NCBI GenBank assembly: GCA_964464405.1
Contig: CAYXFX010000001.1
Location: forward strand, 3,466 to 67,465
Length of the DNA: 64,000 nucleotides
Reading direction: 5' to 3'
From: an uncultured Candidatus Saccharibacteria bacterium
GTDB lineage: Bacteria > Patescibacteriota > Minisyncoccia > UBA11713 > 2-01-FULL-45-33
Below are positions 19,286 to 28,870 of this stretch, piece after piece. Within the stretch, counting starts at the first letter, position 1, and the number at the start of each line of letters is the position of its first letter. A program made the translations under genes and the position numbers. Under the pieces are notes generated by a model that was not told the DNA's origin, did not search any database, and was given only the letters and a program-made list of their open reading frames with translations.

Positions 19286-19594
19286 ATGCGTTTAAAAAAA
19301 GGAGATAAAGTTCAAATAATTTCTGGCAAAGACCGCGGCAAGAACGGCAAAGTTTTGGATGTGTTTCCGAAAATAAATAAAATTGTTGTTGACGGAATTG
19401 CCTTGCACCGCCGGCACCAGCGCCCGAAAAAACAGGGGCAAAAAGGGGAAATATATTCCGCGCCTTCGCCAATCGATTTTTCAAACGCTCTTCTTTTTTG
19501 CGATTCGTGCGGTAAGGGAGTGCGCGCCGGGGTTCAGGTGTTGGAAAACAATAAAAAGATACGCGTTTGTAAAAAATGTAAAAACGAAATTTAG
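19286..19594 (+). CDS. rplX: 50S ribosomal protein L24
   Basis: KKGDKVQIISGKDRGK KOW motif; CxxC..CxxC C-terminus. Confidence 0.97.
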   Translation: MRLKKGDKVQIISGKDRGKNGKVLDVFPKINKIVVDGIALHRRHQRPKKQGQKGEIYSAPSPIDFSNALLFCDSCGKGVRAGVQVLENNKKIRVCKKCKNEI

Positions 19595-19597
19595 TTT

Positions 19598-20143
19598 ATG
19601 TTAACTATTAAAGAAAAATATATAAAGGAGGCGGTTCCGGCAATGGCAAAGGAATTCGGTTATAAATCGCTGATGGCTGTTCCGCGCATTTTAAAAATTG
19701 TCGTAAATTCCGGAATAGGGAAACTGCGGGATAAAAAAGACGCCGTCGAATCTTTAGAAAAACAACTAACTTTAATTGTGGGGCAAAAGCTTTCCCCGCG
19801 CCCGACAAAAAAAGCCATTGCTTCTTTTAAAACTAGAGAAGGAATGATTGTCGGATACAAAGCAACTTTGCGTGGAGAACGCATGTGGAATTTTTTAGAT
19901 AGATTAGTGCTTTTGGCGATTCCACGGACCAGAGATTTCAGAGGAATTTCTTTAAATGCAGTTGATCACGGCGGAAATTTGACAATAGGCATAAAAGAGC
20001 ATATTGTTTTTCCAGAGATGATCGGAGAAGACGTAAGAAGTATTTTCGGTTTTGAGGTGACTATTGTTACAAACGCGAAGAAAAAAAATGAAGCCATCGA
20101 ATTATTTAAAAAGTTAGGTTTCCCGTTTCAAAAACATGTCTAA
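19598..20143 (+). CDS. rplE: 50S ribosomal protein L5
   Basis: KIVVNSGIG, IASFKTREG, TLRGERMW. Confidence 0.98.
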   Translation: MLTIKEKYIKEAVPAMAKEFGYKSLMAVPRILKIVVNSGIGKLRDKKDAVESLEKQLTLIVGQKLSPRPTKKAIASFKTREGMIVGYKATLRGERMWNFLDRLVLLAIPRTRDFRGISLNAVDHGGNLTIGIKEHIVFPEMIGEDVRSIFGFEVTIVTNAKKKNEAIELFKKLGFPFQKHV

Positions 20144-20321
20144 AACGTCAACATATGTAAGGTCTTTAAAGCCCCCAAAATTTAAGAGTCGTATCGTACG
20201 AAGATGTTTTAGGTGCGGAAGAAAACGCGGTTATATGCGTGATTTCGAACTTTGCAGGATATGTTTTAGGGAATTAGCAAACGAGGGGTTAATTCCGGGA
20301 ATTAGAAAAAGTAGTTGGTAA
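20136..20321 (+). CDS. rpsN: 30S ribosomal protein S14 type Z
   Basis: RCFRCGR...LCRICFRELA, 61 aa. Confidence 0.97.
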   Translation: MSKTSTYVRSLKPPKFKSRIVRRCFRCGRKRGYMRDFELCRICFRELANEGLIPGIRKSSW

Positions 20322-20325
20322 AATT

Positions 20326-20718
20326 ATGACGGATCCAATTTCGGATATGTTAATAAGGATAAAAAATGCGAGCGCGGTAAATAAGCCCGCTGTTTCTTTC
20401 GGTTACTCAAAATTAAAATTTGAAATAGCAAAAATATTAGAGAGCGAAGGATTTATTAAGGATGTAGAAAAAAAAGGAAAGAAAAATAAAAAAAACATAG
20501 AAGCCGGTTTGGTTTATGATACTGACGGGAAACCGAGATTTACAAATATCAAAAGAATTTCCAAGCTCTCAAAAAGGGAATACCGCGGCTTCAGGGAAAT
20601 TTTTGGAGTAAAAAACGGGATCGGCATCGGAGTTTATTCAACACCGAAAGGAATAAAGAGCGATAAAGAAGCGCGCAAAGAAAAAGTTGGCGGGGAAATA
20701 TTATTTGAAATTTGGTAA
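20326..20718 (+). CDS. rpsH: 30S ribosomal protein S8
   Basis: DPISDMLIRIKNA, STPKGI, GGEIL. Confidence 0.98.
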   Translation: MTDPISDMLIRIKNASAVNKPAVSFGYSKLKFEIAKILESEGFIKDVEKKGKKNKKNIEAGLVYDTDGKPRFTNIKRISKLSKREYRGFREIFGVKNGIGIGVYSTPKGIKSDKEARKEKVGGEILFEIW

Positions 20719-20723
20719 AAATT

Positions 20724-21266
20724 ATGAGCAGACTAGCAAAAAAACCCATTAAAATACCGGAAGGAGTTAAAATTGCCAAAGAAGGAGAGCTTTGGATTTT
20801 TCGCGGGACAAAAGGGGAAGTCCAAAAAATACTGCCGGAAAATATTCAAATAGAGACTTCGGAAGACGGGCTAATATTGTCTATAAAAAAACACACGAAG
20901 GACGATAAAGCGGTTTTGGGAACATCCGCGGCTCTTATAAAAAATGCCATTTCGGGAGTTTCCAATGTTTTTGAAAAAAAATTAGAAATAGAAGGCGTGG
21001 GTTTCCGCGCGCAGGCCGATGGTGACACGCTCGTTTTGTCTCTCGGATTTACACATCAGGTCAGAATAAAAATGCCGGAAGGAATTTCATTTAAAATTGA
21101 AAAAAATGTTTTAACTGTAAGCGGCGTGGATAAGGAAAAAGTCGGAAAAATAGCTGCGGAAATCAGATCTAAAAAACCGCCCGAACCCTACAAAGGCAAG
21201 GGAATTCATTATTTAGGAGAGGTAATTAAAAGGAAAGCCGGAAAGAAAGCTGTAGCGTCCGCTTAA
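20724..21266 (+). CDS. rplF: 50S ribosomal protein L6
   Basis: MSRLAKKPI, PPEPYKGKGI. Confidence 0.98.
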   Translation: MSRLAKKPIKIPEGVKIAKEGELWIFRGTKGEVQKILPENIQIETSEDGLILSIKKHTKDDKAVLGTSAALIKNAISGVSNVFEKKLEIEGVGFRAQADGDTLVLSLGFTHQVRIKMPEGISFKIEKNVLTVSGVDKEKVGKIAAEIRSKKPPEPYKGKGIHYLGEVIKRKAGKKAVASA

Positions 21267-21280
21267 TAAAAAATAAAAAA

Positions 21281-21628
21281 ATGAAAGTTCAAACAAAAAG
21301 ACAAGTCAGACACAAAAGAATAAGGGCGAAAATTAAAGGCACGAAGGAGATTCCCCGCCTTTCGGTTTATAGATCACGGAAGCATTTATTTTTGCAACTA
21401 ATAGATGATAAGAAAAACGAGACTCTTGTTGGTTTGTCAGACAAGGTTTTAAAAATAAAAAAGAAAACGACAAAATCAGAGCTCGCGCATGAAGCCGGCA
21501 AATTGCTTGCGAAAACCGCGCTTGAGATGGGAATTAAAAAGGCGGTATTTGACAGGGGGGGTTATTTGTATAAAGGGCGGATTGTAAAAGCGGCAGAGGG
21601 CGCGAGAGCAGGCGGATTAAAATTTTAA
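21281..21628 (+). CDS. rplR: 50S ribosomal protein L18
   Basis: PRLSVYRS, VFDRGGYLYKGR, ARAGGLKF. Confidence 0.98.
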   Translation: MKVQTKRQVRHKRIRAKIKGTKEIPRLSVYRSRKHLFLQLIDDKKNETLVGLSDKVLKIKKKTTKSELAHEAGKLLAKTALEMGIKKAVFDRGGYLYKGRIVKAAEGARAGGLKF

Positions 21629-21638
21629 GGAATTGGCT

Positions 21639-21830
21639 CAAAATTTATGAGCAAAGCGAAATAAATTTTGATTGCCAAACCTTACCCCCTCACCAATTTT
21701 TACAAAGTATGAATAAAGATAAAAATATGTTAAAACGAAATAAAAATTATATAGCAGAAAAAAGAGCGCCAGTAGAAATTGGTGAGGGGGTGCTCAATTT
21801 TATTAGCTCACTAAAGTTCGTATAAAATTG
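21639..21830. repeat. MITE/REP-like composite palindromic element between rplR and rpsE
   Basis: 20-bp inverted repeats ACCCCCTCACCAATTTTTAC (21684-21703) / GTAGAAATTGGTGAGGGGGT (21772-21791), flanked by hairpins CAAAATTTAT..ATAAATTTTG and CAATTTTAT..ATAAAATTG. Confidence 0.75.
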
Positions 21831-21832
21831 GC

Positions 21833-22330
21833 ATGGCAAGAAGAGAATTTAGACAGCAAAAACCGAAAAGCGAATATGAGCAAAAGCTGATAGATCTTAG
21901 GCGTGTGGCGCGCGTCGTAGCGGGAGGACGGCGGTTTACTTTCCGCGCGGCTATTGTTTTGGGAAACCAAAAGGGAGAAGTTGGATTTGGTTTGGGTAAA
22001 GCCGCCGACACATCGCACGCAATAGAAAAAGCAGTGAGGATGGCAAGAAAATCACTCATCCGCGTTCCGCTTACAAAGGAACAGTCAATTCCGCACGAAG
22101 TGTACGCGAAGTTCGGCGCGGCTGAAATAATTTTGAAGCCCGCAAAAACAGGGAAAGGATTGGTTGCGGGAGGAGCCGCGCGGACCGTGCTCGCTCTTGC
22201 GGGAGTAAAAAACGCAAGTGCTAAAATTTTATCACATACAAAAAATAAACTTACCAACGCTAGGGCGACGCTAGACGCACTTAGACTTTTAAAAGAAAAA
22301 AAACAAGCAAAAGAACATGCAAGTTCATAA
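21833..22330 (+). CDS. rpsE: 30S ribosomal protein S5
   Basis: RVARVVAGGRRFTF, GLVAGG. Confidence 0.98.
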   Translation: MARREFRQQKPKSEYEQKLIDLRRVARVVAGGRRFTFRAAIVLGNQKGEVGFGLGKAADTSHAIEKAVRMARKSLIRVPLTKEQSIPHEVYAKFGAAEIILKPAKTGKGLVAGGAARTVLALAGVKNASAKILSHTKNKLTNARATLDALRLLKEKKQAKEHASS

Positions 22331-22724
22331 TTTATTAAAATTGGGAGAGAAAAAACACAGACGGATAGGACGCGGAGGAAAACGCGGATCTTTTTCGGGC
22401 AGAGGTATTAAAGGCCAAAAATCGCGTTCTGGGCACAGAATTCGTCCACAAATAAGGGATGTCATAAAAAAAATACACAAGCGTCGGGGATATTTTATGA
22501 CTTCTATAAAAAGAAAACTTCAAACGCTTAATTTATCTGATATTGAAAAAAATTTTAAAGACGGCGAAAAAGTTACTCCGAAAATTTTAATTGAGAAGGG
22601 TCTTATAAGAGTCGCGAAAAGCAAGCCGAAAATTAAAATATTGGGAATGGGAAAATTAACAAAAAAAGTTACATTCGATAAAAATATTATCTTTTCTAAA
22701 TCTGCAAAAACAAATGTGGAATAA
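22317..22724 (+). CDS. rplO: 50S ribosomal protein L15
   Basis: RIGRGG..G..SGRGIKGQKSRSG; overlaps rpsE with no rpmD between. Confidence 0.95.
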   Translation: MQVHNLLKLGEKKHRRIGRGGKRGSFSGRGIKGQKSRSGHRIRPQIRDVIKKIHKRRGYFMTSIKRKLQTLNLSDIEKNFKDGEKVTPKILIEKGLIRVAKSKPKIKILGMGKLTKKVTFDKNIIFSKSAKTNVE

Positions 22725-23979
22725 AGTTTTACTTATTTTAAAAGACCGCGATCTTCGCCGAAAATTTCTGTTTCTTTTGGGTTTTTTGGCTGTATTCCGT
22801 TTGGTTTCTTCTATTCCCGTTCCGGGGATTGACGCGTTGCGGTTGCAAGATTTTTTGGGTCAGAACCAGTTTTTTGGGCTTCTAAATATTTTTTCAGGAG
22901 GCGCCTTAAGTAATCTTTCCGTTGTTATGTTGGGAGTAGGGCCTTATATCACAGCTTCCATAATAATGCAGCTGTTGGGTATGGTTTTTCCATCCTTAAA
23001 AGAACTCTATCAAGGTGAGGAAGGAGAAGCTGGCCGTCAAAAATTTAATCAGTATTCAAGATTGCTTACAGTGCCTCTGGCTCTTGTCCAGGGCTTTGGG
23101 CTTCTTACAATTCTTGAACGCCAAGGAATTTTACAGCTTACTTTTTTTGACAAAATTACGGATTTAATTATTGTAGCTGCCGGATCAATATTTCTTATGT
23201 GGTTGGGCGAGCTAATTTCTGAATATTCCATAGGAAACGGAGTTTCTATTTTAATTTTTGCAGGAATTGTTGCTTCGCTTCCGGCAGACGTCGGCCAGAC
23301 TTTGATAAATTTCAGCTCTTCCGAGCTTCCTACACTAATTGCTTTTCTTGTTATTGCAATAATAACAGTAGCGGCAGTCGTATTTATTTCCGAAGGGGAG
23401 CGTCCGGTGCCAGTTTATTATGCCAAACGTATACGCGGAATGAAAATGTACGGCGGAGCTTCGAGCTACTTGCCGTTAAGGGTCAACCAGGCGGGGGTTA
23501 TCCCGATAATTTTTGCGTTATCAATTTTACTTTTTCCGCAAATGATTGCCAGCTTTTTTAGCGCTTCAGGAAATGCAATTTTACGCAGCGTCTCGCAAGC
23601 AATAATCAGTTTTTTAAATAATCCCTGGCCATACGCCGGAGCTTATTTTATTCTGGTGTTTTTGTTTACATACTTTTATACGGCGGTAACCTTCGATCCT
23701 CAATCGGTTTCTTCCAACTTGCAGAAAAGCGGGGCTTTTGTTCCAGGAATACGCCCCGGCCCTTCTACATCTGAATTTTTAAATAAAGTGGTTAGCCGCA
23801 TAACTTTAGTAGGGGCCCTATTTTTGGGGATTGTGGCCGTGCTTCCTTTGATTTTGCGGGCAGTTTCTGGCATACAAACTTTAACTATCGGCGGCACCGC
23901 ACTTCTCATCGTTGTTTCTGTGGTTTTGGAAACCGCAAAGCAGATTGAGGCACAGCTTTCCTTGCGCACATACGAATAG
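22714..23979 (+). CDS. secY: Preprotein translocase SecY
   Basis: LGVGPYITASII, IGNGVS, AGVIPIIFA, PGIRPG, GGTALLIVV. Confidence 0.99.
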   Translation: MWNKVLLILKDRDLRRKFLFLLGFLAVFRLVSSIPVPGIDALRLQDFLGQNQFFGLLNIFSGGALSNLSVVMLGVGPYITASIIMQLLGMVFPSLKELYQGEEGEAGRQKFNQYSRLLTVPLALVQGFGLLTILERQGILQLTFFDKITDLIIVAAGSIFLMWLGELISEYSIGNGVSILIFAGIVASLPADVGQTLINFSSSELPTLIAFLVIAIITVAAVVFISEGERPVPVYYAKRIRGMKMYGGASSYLPLRVNQAGVIPIIFALSILLFPQMIASFFSASGNAILRSVSQAIISFLNNPWPYAGAYFILVFLFTYFYTAVTFDPQSVSSNLQKSGAFVPGIRPGPSTSEFLNKVVSRITLVGALFLGIVAVLPLILRAVSGIQTLTIGGTALLIVVSVVLETAKQIEAQLSLRTYE

Positions 23980-23998
23980 AGAGATAAACTCAAATTAT

Positions 23999-24601
23999 AT
24001 GGAAAATAATCCGTATAATTTTGTTTTTATTGGAAGATCCGGTTGCGGAAAGGGTACGCAGGCGGAGCTTTTGAAAAAATTGCTTGAAGAAAAATCTGGA
24101 GCAGGAAGTGTTTTATATATTTATACTGGGAACCATTTGCGCGAGTTAAAAAATCATGTAGAATTTTTAACAGCAAGATTGCTCGATGAAAAAATTTTAA
24201 AAAAAGGAGAAAAAGCACCCGATTCTCTTGCGGTTTGGGCTTATACAACCGAGCTTATTCACGGAGTTCGGGAAGATAACCACGTTATTATAGACGGGTC
24301 TCCGAGAACCGTGCTTGAAGCAAAAGCGCTTGACGAAATGTTTGATTTTTATGAAAGAGCGAATGTATTTCACATACATCTAAAAACCAGCGCGGAAAAT
24401 GTTTCGGAGCGGATGCTGAAACGCGGCAGATTTGACGACAATTCTGAAAACATAAAAAATCGCATGTCTTACTACGAAAAATATGTAGTACCGGCCATCG
24501 AGTATTTTGAGAAAGATTCAAAACATAAGTTTGTAGAAATAGACGGTGAGCAGATTATAGAAAAAGTTCACGAGGATATTGTAAAAGCGATCGGATTATA
24601 A
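23999..24601 (+). CDS. adk: Adenylate kinase family (short, no LID domain)
   Basis: GRSGCGKGTQA, DGSPRT, RGRFDD; position after secY; start moved to ATG 23999. Confidence 0.88.
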   Translation: MENNPYNFVFIGRSGCGKGTQAELLKKLLEEKSGAGSVLYIYTGNHLRELKNHVEFLTARLLDEKILKKGEKAPDSLAVWAYTTELIHGVREDNHVIIDGSPRTVLEAKALDEMFDFYERANVFHIHLKTSAENVSERMLKRGRFDDNSENIKNRMSYYEKYVVPAIEYFEKDSKHKFVEIDGEQIIEKVHEDIVKAIGL

Positions 24602-24677
24602 GCCCTACCAATTACTTATTTTTACTTATATGCTAATAAACATTAGTAAATTTGTAGTGATCAGCAATTAGTAGGGC

Positions 24678-25541
24678 ATGATAATAAAAAGCAAAAAAGA
24701 ATTAGATATTTTACGCGAAGGCGGCAAGCGTTTGGCGCTTATTTTGGCTTGCATTGCGCGTCGTGCGATTCCAGGCGTTAAAACTCGGGAGCTGGATGAT
24801 TTGGCGGAGAAACTTATTTTAGAAGCGGAAGGCAAGCCGTCTTTTAAAGGATATAAAACTTTTAGCGCGCCTACGCCATATCCGGCATCGCTTTGTGTTT
24901 CAATAAATGATGAAGTGGTTCACGGAATTCCCTCGGATAAAATTTTGAAAACTGGCGACGTTGTTGGTTTAGACATTGGAATGGAGTACGAAGGTTTGTT
25001 TACGGATACTGCAACAACCATACTAATCGCAGCTGATCACCTCACTGATGGCCCATTAATCTCGCCTTCGGCGAGATCGCGAAACGCAAACCCTCCACCA
25101 GCCGCCATCAGCGAGGTATCAGCTGCTCTTAGAGATGAAGCTAATCGCCTTATCACTGCAACAAAAAAGTCTTTAGAAATAGGAATTGCGGAAGTTAAAG
25201 CGGGGGTTCATGTCGGGGATATTGGTTATGCCATTCAAAAGTATTTGGAAGGAGAAGGTTTCGGTGTTATCCGCGAGCTTGTGGGACATGGTGTGGGGAG
25301 GGCGGTACACGAAGAGCCGGAAATTCCGAATTGGGGCATGCGTGGAGAGGGGCCTGTTCTTAGAGAAGGCGAAGTTATTGCGCTTGAACCCATGGCTACA
25401 GAAAAAGGTTATAAAGTAAAAGTTGCTAAAGATAGATGGACATGGGTAACCCGCGACGGCTCCCGCGCCGCGCATTTTGAACACACTTTGGTAGTTACCA
25501 AAAATGGATCAGAAGTGTTGACTCGCAATACGAACAACTGA
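24678..25541 (+). CDS. map: Methionine aminopeptidase type I
   Basis: CVSINDEVVHGIP, GHGVG..VHEEP, ALEPM, AHFEHT; in-frame palindromic insert. Confidence 0.97.
   Translation: MIIKSKKELDILREGGKRLALILACIARRAIPGVKTRELDDLAEKLILEAEGKPSFKGYKTFSAPTPYPASLCVSINDEVVHGIPSDKILKTGDVVGLDIGMEYEGLFTDTATTILIAADHLTDGPLISPSARSRNANPPPAAISEVSAALRDEANRLITATKKSLEIGIAEVKAGVHVGDIGYAIQKYLEGEGFGVIRELVGHGVGRAVHEEPEIPNWGMRGEGPVLREGEVIALEPMATEKGYKVKVAKDRWTWVTRDGSRAAHFEHTLVVTKNGSEVLTRNTNN
25029..25126. repeat. 98-bp palindromic element inside map
   Basis: Arms GCAGCTGATCACCTCACTGATGGC (25029-25052) / GCCATCAGCGAGGTATCAGCTGC (25104-25126); inner ATCTCGCC-TTC-GGCGAGAT hairpin (25059-25077). Confidence 0.85.
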
Positions 25542-25587
25542 TAACATTGGTACAGAGGATATTTTAAAGAAAGAAGGGTGGTTTAAA

Positions 25588-25905
25588 TTGAAAAAAATTG
25601 ACAAAGAAAAGTTGGCCAAAGAATTCGTTAAAGAGTGGGAAATGCAAGAAAAAGGACACAGTTATTTGAGACCGAGCTCGTTTAGGGTTTTCGTCATAAA
25701 ACTAATAGACCAACAACTAGTGTCTTTTTATGATTACACAGGTTCGTATGCTATTTTGGATAGAGCACGTAGCAGTCCGGTTTTTTGGGCGGATGATAGT
25801 TTGGAAGTAGTTTTTTCTGATCTCGAGTTTGCAAAACTTGTTTATGAGTATTTAACACGCAACTTGCCGCATAAAAGTTTTGGATTACACCAACGCATCG
25901 CGTAA
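25588..25905 (+). CDS. Hypothetical protein
   Basis: ORF fills the gap, TTG start with purine-rich leader, followed by small hairpin + T tract. Confidence 0.55.
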   Translation: MKKIDKEKLAKEFVKEWEMQEKGHSYLRPSSFRVFVIKLIDQQLVSFYDYTGSYAILDRARSSPVFWADDSLEVVFSDLEFAKLVYEYLTRNLPHKSFGLHQRIA

Positions 25906-25955
25906 CGGCCCACAAAGCCGTTTTTTTATTTATAAATTTCTGATAAATTAAGGTA

Positions 25956-26345
25956 ATGTCAAAATATTTAGGAATTGACTATGGGGACAAAAGAATAGGA
26001 ATTGCAATTTCCGACGAGGAGGGGCGCTTTGCTTTTCCGAGAGATGTTGTTTTAAACGAGCAAGGCAAACTTCAGGAATGTTTGGATAAGATAATCGAAA
26101 AAGAGAACATTTCAGCGATTATAGTCGGGCTTCCTTTGAACTTTAGGATGAAAGATACTGCGCAGACCACGAAAGTTCGAAGATTCGGCAAATTTTTGCA
26201 GGAAAAATTTCACAAAGAAGTCATTTTTGAAAATGAAATTTTGAGCACGAAAGAAAGTGAGCGTTTCGGCGGCTCTACGAAAGAAATGATAGATGCTTCT
26301 TCTGCGGCTCTGATTTTGCAGAGTTATTTAAGTAGGTTAAAATAA
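25956..26345 (+). CDS. ruvX: YqgF/RuvX pre-16S rRNA nuclease
   Basis: LGIDYGDKRIGIAISD, IVGLP, DASSAALILQSYL. Confidence 0.93.
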   Translation: MSKYLGIDYGDKRIGIAISDEEGRFAFPRDVVLNEQGKLQECLDKIIEKENISAIIVGLPLNFRMKDTAQTTKVRRFGKFLQEKFHKEVIFENEILSTKESERFGGSTKEMIDASSAALILQSYLSRLK

Positions 26346-26349
26346 TATT

Positions 26350-27099
26350 ATGCCAATGCCGGATATATATTTGTCTGTTATAGTCCCCGCGTACAACGAA
26401 TCTGCCAGGATCCCAAAAACCTTGCGTCGCTTCCATGAATATTTATCGAGCCAGCCGTACAGTTACGAAATACTTGTCGTAAACGACGGTTCACGGGACG
26501 GAACTGGCGAAATTGTTGAGCGCATGAAGGGCGAAATAAAAAATTTACGCCTCATTGATAGGAAAGAAAACAAAGGGAAAGGGTATACTGTAAGAGAAGG
26601 AATGCTTAATGCATACGGTAAAATTCGTCTTTTTGCCGATGCCGACAACGCAACTGATATTGCGCATTTCGATAAAATGCGTCTCTTTTTCGATAAAGGA
26701 TATGAAGTTGTAATATGTTCAAGAAATGAAAAAGATGTCCCGGGGGCTATTCACGCGGTGCGCCAGCCTCAGTGGAAAAGAATTTTGGGAACTTTGGGCA
26801 ACAAGTATATTCAAATTTTGGCTGTTCCCGGAATATGGGATACTCAATGCGGTTTTAAAGCGTTTCGTGATTTAGCTGCGGAACATATTTTTAAAATGGC
26901 TATTATCGACCGCTGGTCATTTGATGTCGAAATTTTGGCAATCGCAAGAAATTTAAACATGAAAATAGGAATCGTTCCTGCCTATTGGATAGATGATCCG
27001 AATTCCCATGTAAAATTTTCCAGCTATTTCAGAACTTTGTGGGAAGTTTTTAAAATTAATAGAAATTTAAGGAAAGGGCTTTATAGCGCATCGCAATGA
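26350..27099 (+). CDS. GT2 glycosyltransferase (dolichyl-phosphate glucosyltransferase-like)
   Basis: SVIVPAYNE, VNDGSRD, NKGKG, DAD, DTQCGFKAF, FDVE. Confidence 0.9.
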   Translation: MPMPDIYLSVIVPAYNESARIPKTLRRFHEYLSSQPYSYEILVVNDGSRDGTGEIVERMKGEIKNLRLIDRKENKGKGYTVREGMLNAYGKIRLFADADNATDIAHFDKMRLFFDKGYEVVICSRNEKDVPGAIHAVRQPQWKRILGTLGNKYIQILAVPGIWDTQCGFKAFRDLAAEHIFKMAIIDRWSFDVEILAIARNLNMKIGIVPAYWIDDPNSHVKFSSYFRTLWEVFKINRNLRKGLYSASQ

Positions 27100-28097
27100 A
27101 AAAAAATTTAATCGAATTCAGAAAAGATATCGTGTCTGGCGATTGGGTTCTGATTTCTGCAACAACGCAAAAAAAACCCATTTTTTTTAAACCAAAAGAC
27201 TCGACTCCACTCTCGCAAGATCTCTGCCCGTTTGACAATCCGGCAAAATCCGGACAGGAAAGCCCGCTTCTGTGGCTCCCGAAGCCTAAAAAAAATGATA
27301 TTAAAGATTGGTGGGTACAAATTTTTCCAAACAAATTCCCTGTCGTAATGGATTCGCGCGTATGCCCGCCTTTGGAATTTGATGGCAAATATCATCACAA
27401 AACAGGAGTCGGCTTTCAGGAAGTCGTAGTTACTCGCGATCATAAACGGCACATAGGACTCATGAAAGAAAATGAAATTGTTACATTAGTCGAGGCATAT
27501 ACCGCGCGCTATCAGGCATTGCGTGCCGAGCCATGCGTTGAATATATTTTAATTTTCCATAATAACGGCGCTCGAGCTGGCGCTTCTGTTCCGCATCCGC
27601 ATTCGCAAATTTTGGCAATCCCAATTATTCCTCCTGATGTCGCGAGGTCTTTAAGGGGATCAGATGAATATCATAAAAAAAATAAGAAATGTGTACATTG
27701 CGACATCATCAAGTGGGAAATAAAAGAAAAAAAACGTATTATTTTCGAAAATGATTTATTTGTTGCGATTGCCCCCTTTGCTTCAAAAGTCGCATTTGAA
27801 ATACGAATTTTTCCTAAAATCCACGAATCGCGTTTCGAAGTTATCGACGAGAAGCAAAAAGAAACTTTAGCACACGCAATGCAAACAATCTTTTACCGAA
27901 TTTTTAAAAAGCTCAAAAATCCGGATTATAATTTTTTTATACACACACTTCCGCCAAAAGACAAAAATGGAGGGCATTATCATTGGCACATCGAAGTTTT
28001 GCCTAGATTAACCATTTGGGGAGGTCTTGAGTTGGGAGCAGGCATCGAAGTCGTTAAATTCTCTCCCGAAGAAGCATCTAAATTTTTAAGAAAATAA
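27096..28097 (+). CDS. galT: Galactose-1-phosphate uridylyltransferase
   Basis: CPF, NKFP, GASVPHPHSQ, YHWHIE. Confidence 0.92.
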   Translation: MKKNLIEFRKDIVSGDWVLISATTQKKPIFFKPKDSTPLSQDLCPFDNPAKSGQESPLLWLPKPKKNDIKDWWVQIFPNKFPVVMDSRVCPPLEFDGKYHHKTGVGFQEVVVTRDHKRHIGLMKENEIVTLVEAYTARYQALRAEPCVEYILIFHNNGARAGASVPHPHSQILAIPIIPPDVARSLRGSDEYHKKNKKCVHCDIIKWEIKEKKRIIFENDLFVAIAPFASKVAFEIRIFPKIHESRFEVIDEKQKETLAHAMQTIFYRIFKKLKNPDYNFFIHTLPPKDKNGGHYHWHIEVLPRLTIWGGLELGAGIEVVKFSPEEASKFLRK

Positions 28098-28108
28098 GTT
28101 ACGTTAGA

Positions 28109-28870
28109 ATGAAGAAAATCATTATTGCAAACTGGAAAATGAATCCTAGAACCGCAAGCGAAGTAAAGATGCTTGCACGCGCGGTTACGGAAGGTGTAAA
28201 AAAGATAAAAAATATGGAAATCACGCTTTGCCCTCCTTTTTTGTTTGTTTCTGCAGTAAAAAAAATAATTGCAAATAAAAAAAATATCAAATTAGGCGCT
28301 CAAAATGTATTTTCTGAAAAAGCGGGGGCTTTTACCGGAGAAATTTCTGCCACGCAACTTAAATCCATCGGAGTCGGGCTGGTAATTGTCGGCCATTCCG
28401 AAAGACGTGCGTTAGGGGAAAGCAAGGAGATAATAAATAAAAAATTACGCTGTGCATTGGAAGGCGGGCTAAACGCGGTTTTATGCATAGGCGAGAAAGA
28501 AAAATCCAAAGAAGGACTTTCCGGCATTATCCGCGAAGAACTTTATTCTGCAATTAAGGGAATTAAGAAATCATTACTACTGAACAAATTAATAATAGTG
28601 TATGAGCCGATTTGGGCGATAAGTACAAATCCAGGATCAGAACCAGATGATCCGCAAAATGTCTACGAGACGACGATTTTATTAAAAAGAGATCTTTTAA
28701 AGATTTTGGGCAGGCGCGCCGCGTCCCAGATTCCTATTTTATATGGAGGTTCGGTAAATGAAAAAAATGTCGTGGGCTTTAAAAAAAGCGGAATAGACGG
28801 GTTTTTGGTGGGAAGCGCGTCTCTTAACGCGGGTAAATTTATAAAAATTGTTAAATTTGCTGCATTATGA
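28109..28870 (+). CDS. tpiA: Triosephosphate isomerase
   Basis: ANWKMN, GAFTGEIS, GHSERR, YEPIWAI, LYGGSV. Confidence 0.96.
   Translation: MKKIIIANWKMNPRTASEVKMLARAVTEGVKKIKNMEITLCPPFLFVSAVKKIIANKKNIKLGAQNVFSEKAGAFTGEISATQLKSIGVGLVIVGHSERRALGESKEIINKKLRCALEGGLNAVLCIGEKEKSKEGLSGIIREELYSAIKGIKKSLLLNKLIIVYEPIWAISTNPGSEPDDPQNVYETTILLKRDLLKILGRRAASQIPILYGGSVNEKNVVGFKKSGIDGFLVGSASLNAGKFIKIVKFAAL

Noticed and set aside
7539-24521. Numerous minus-strand ORFs across the ribosomal cluster, and similar ones elsewhere
   Set aside because: Antisense shadows of well-conserved genes with no motifs of their own.
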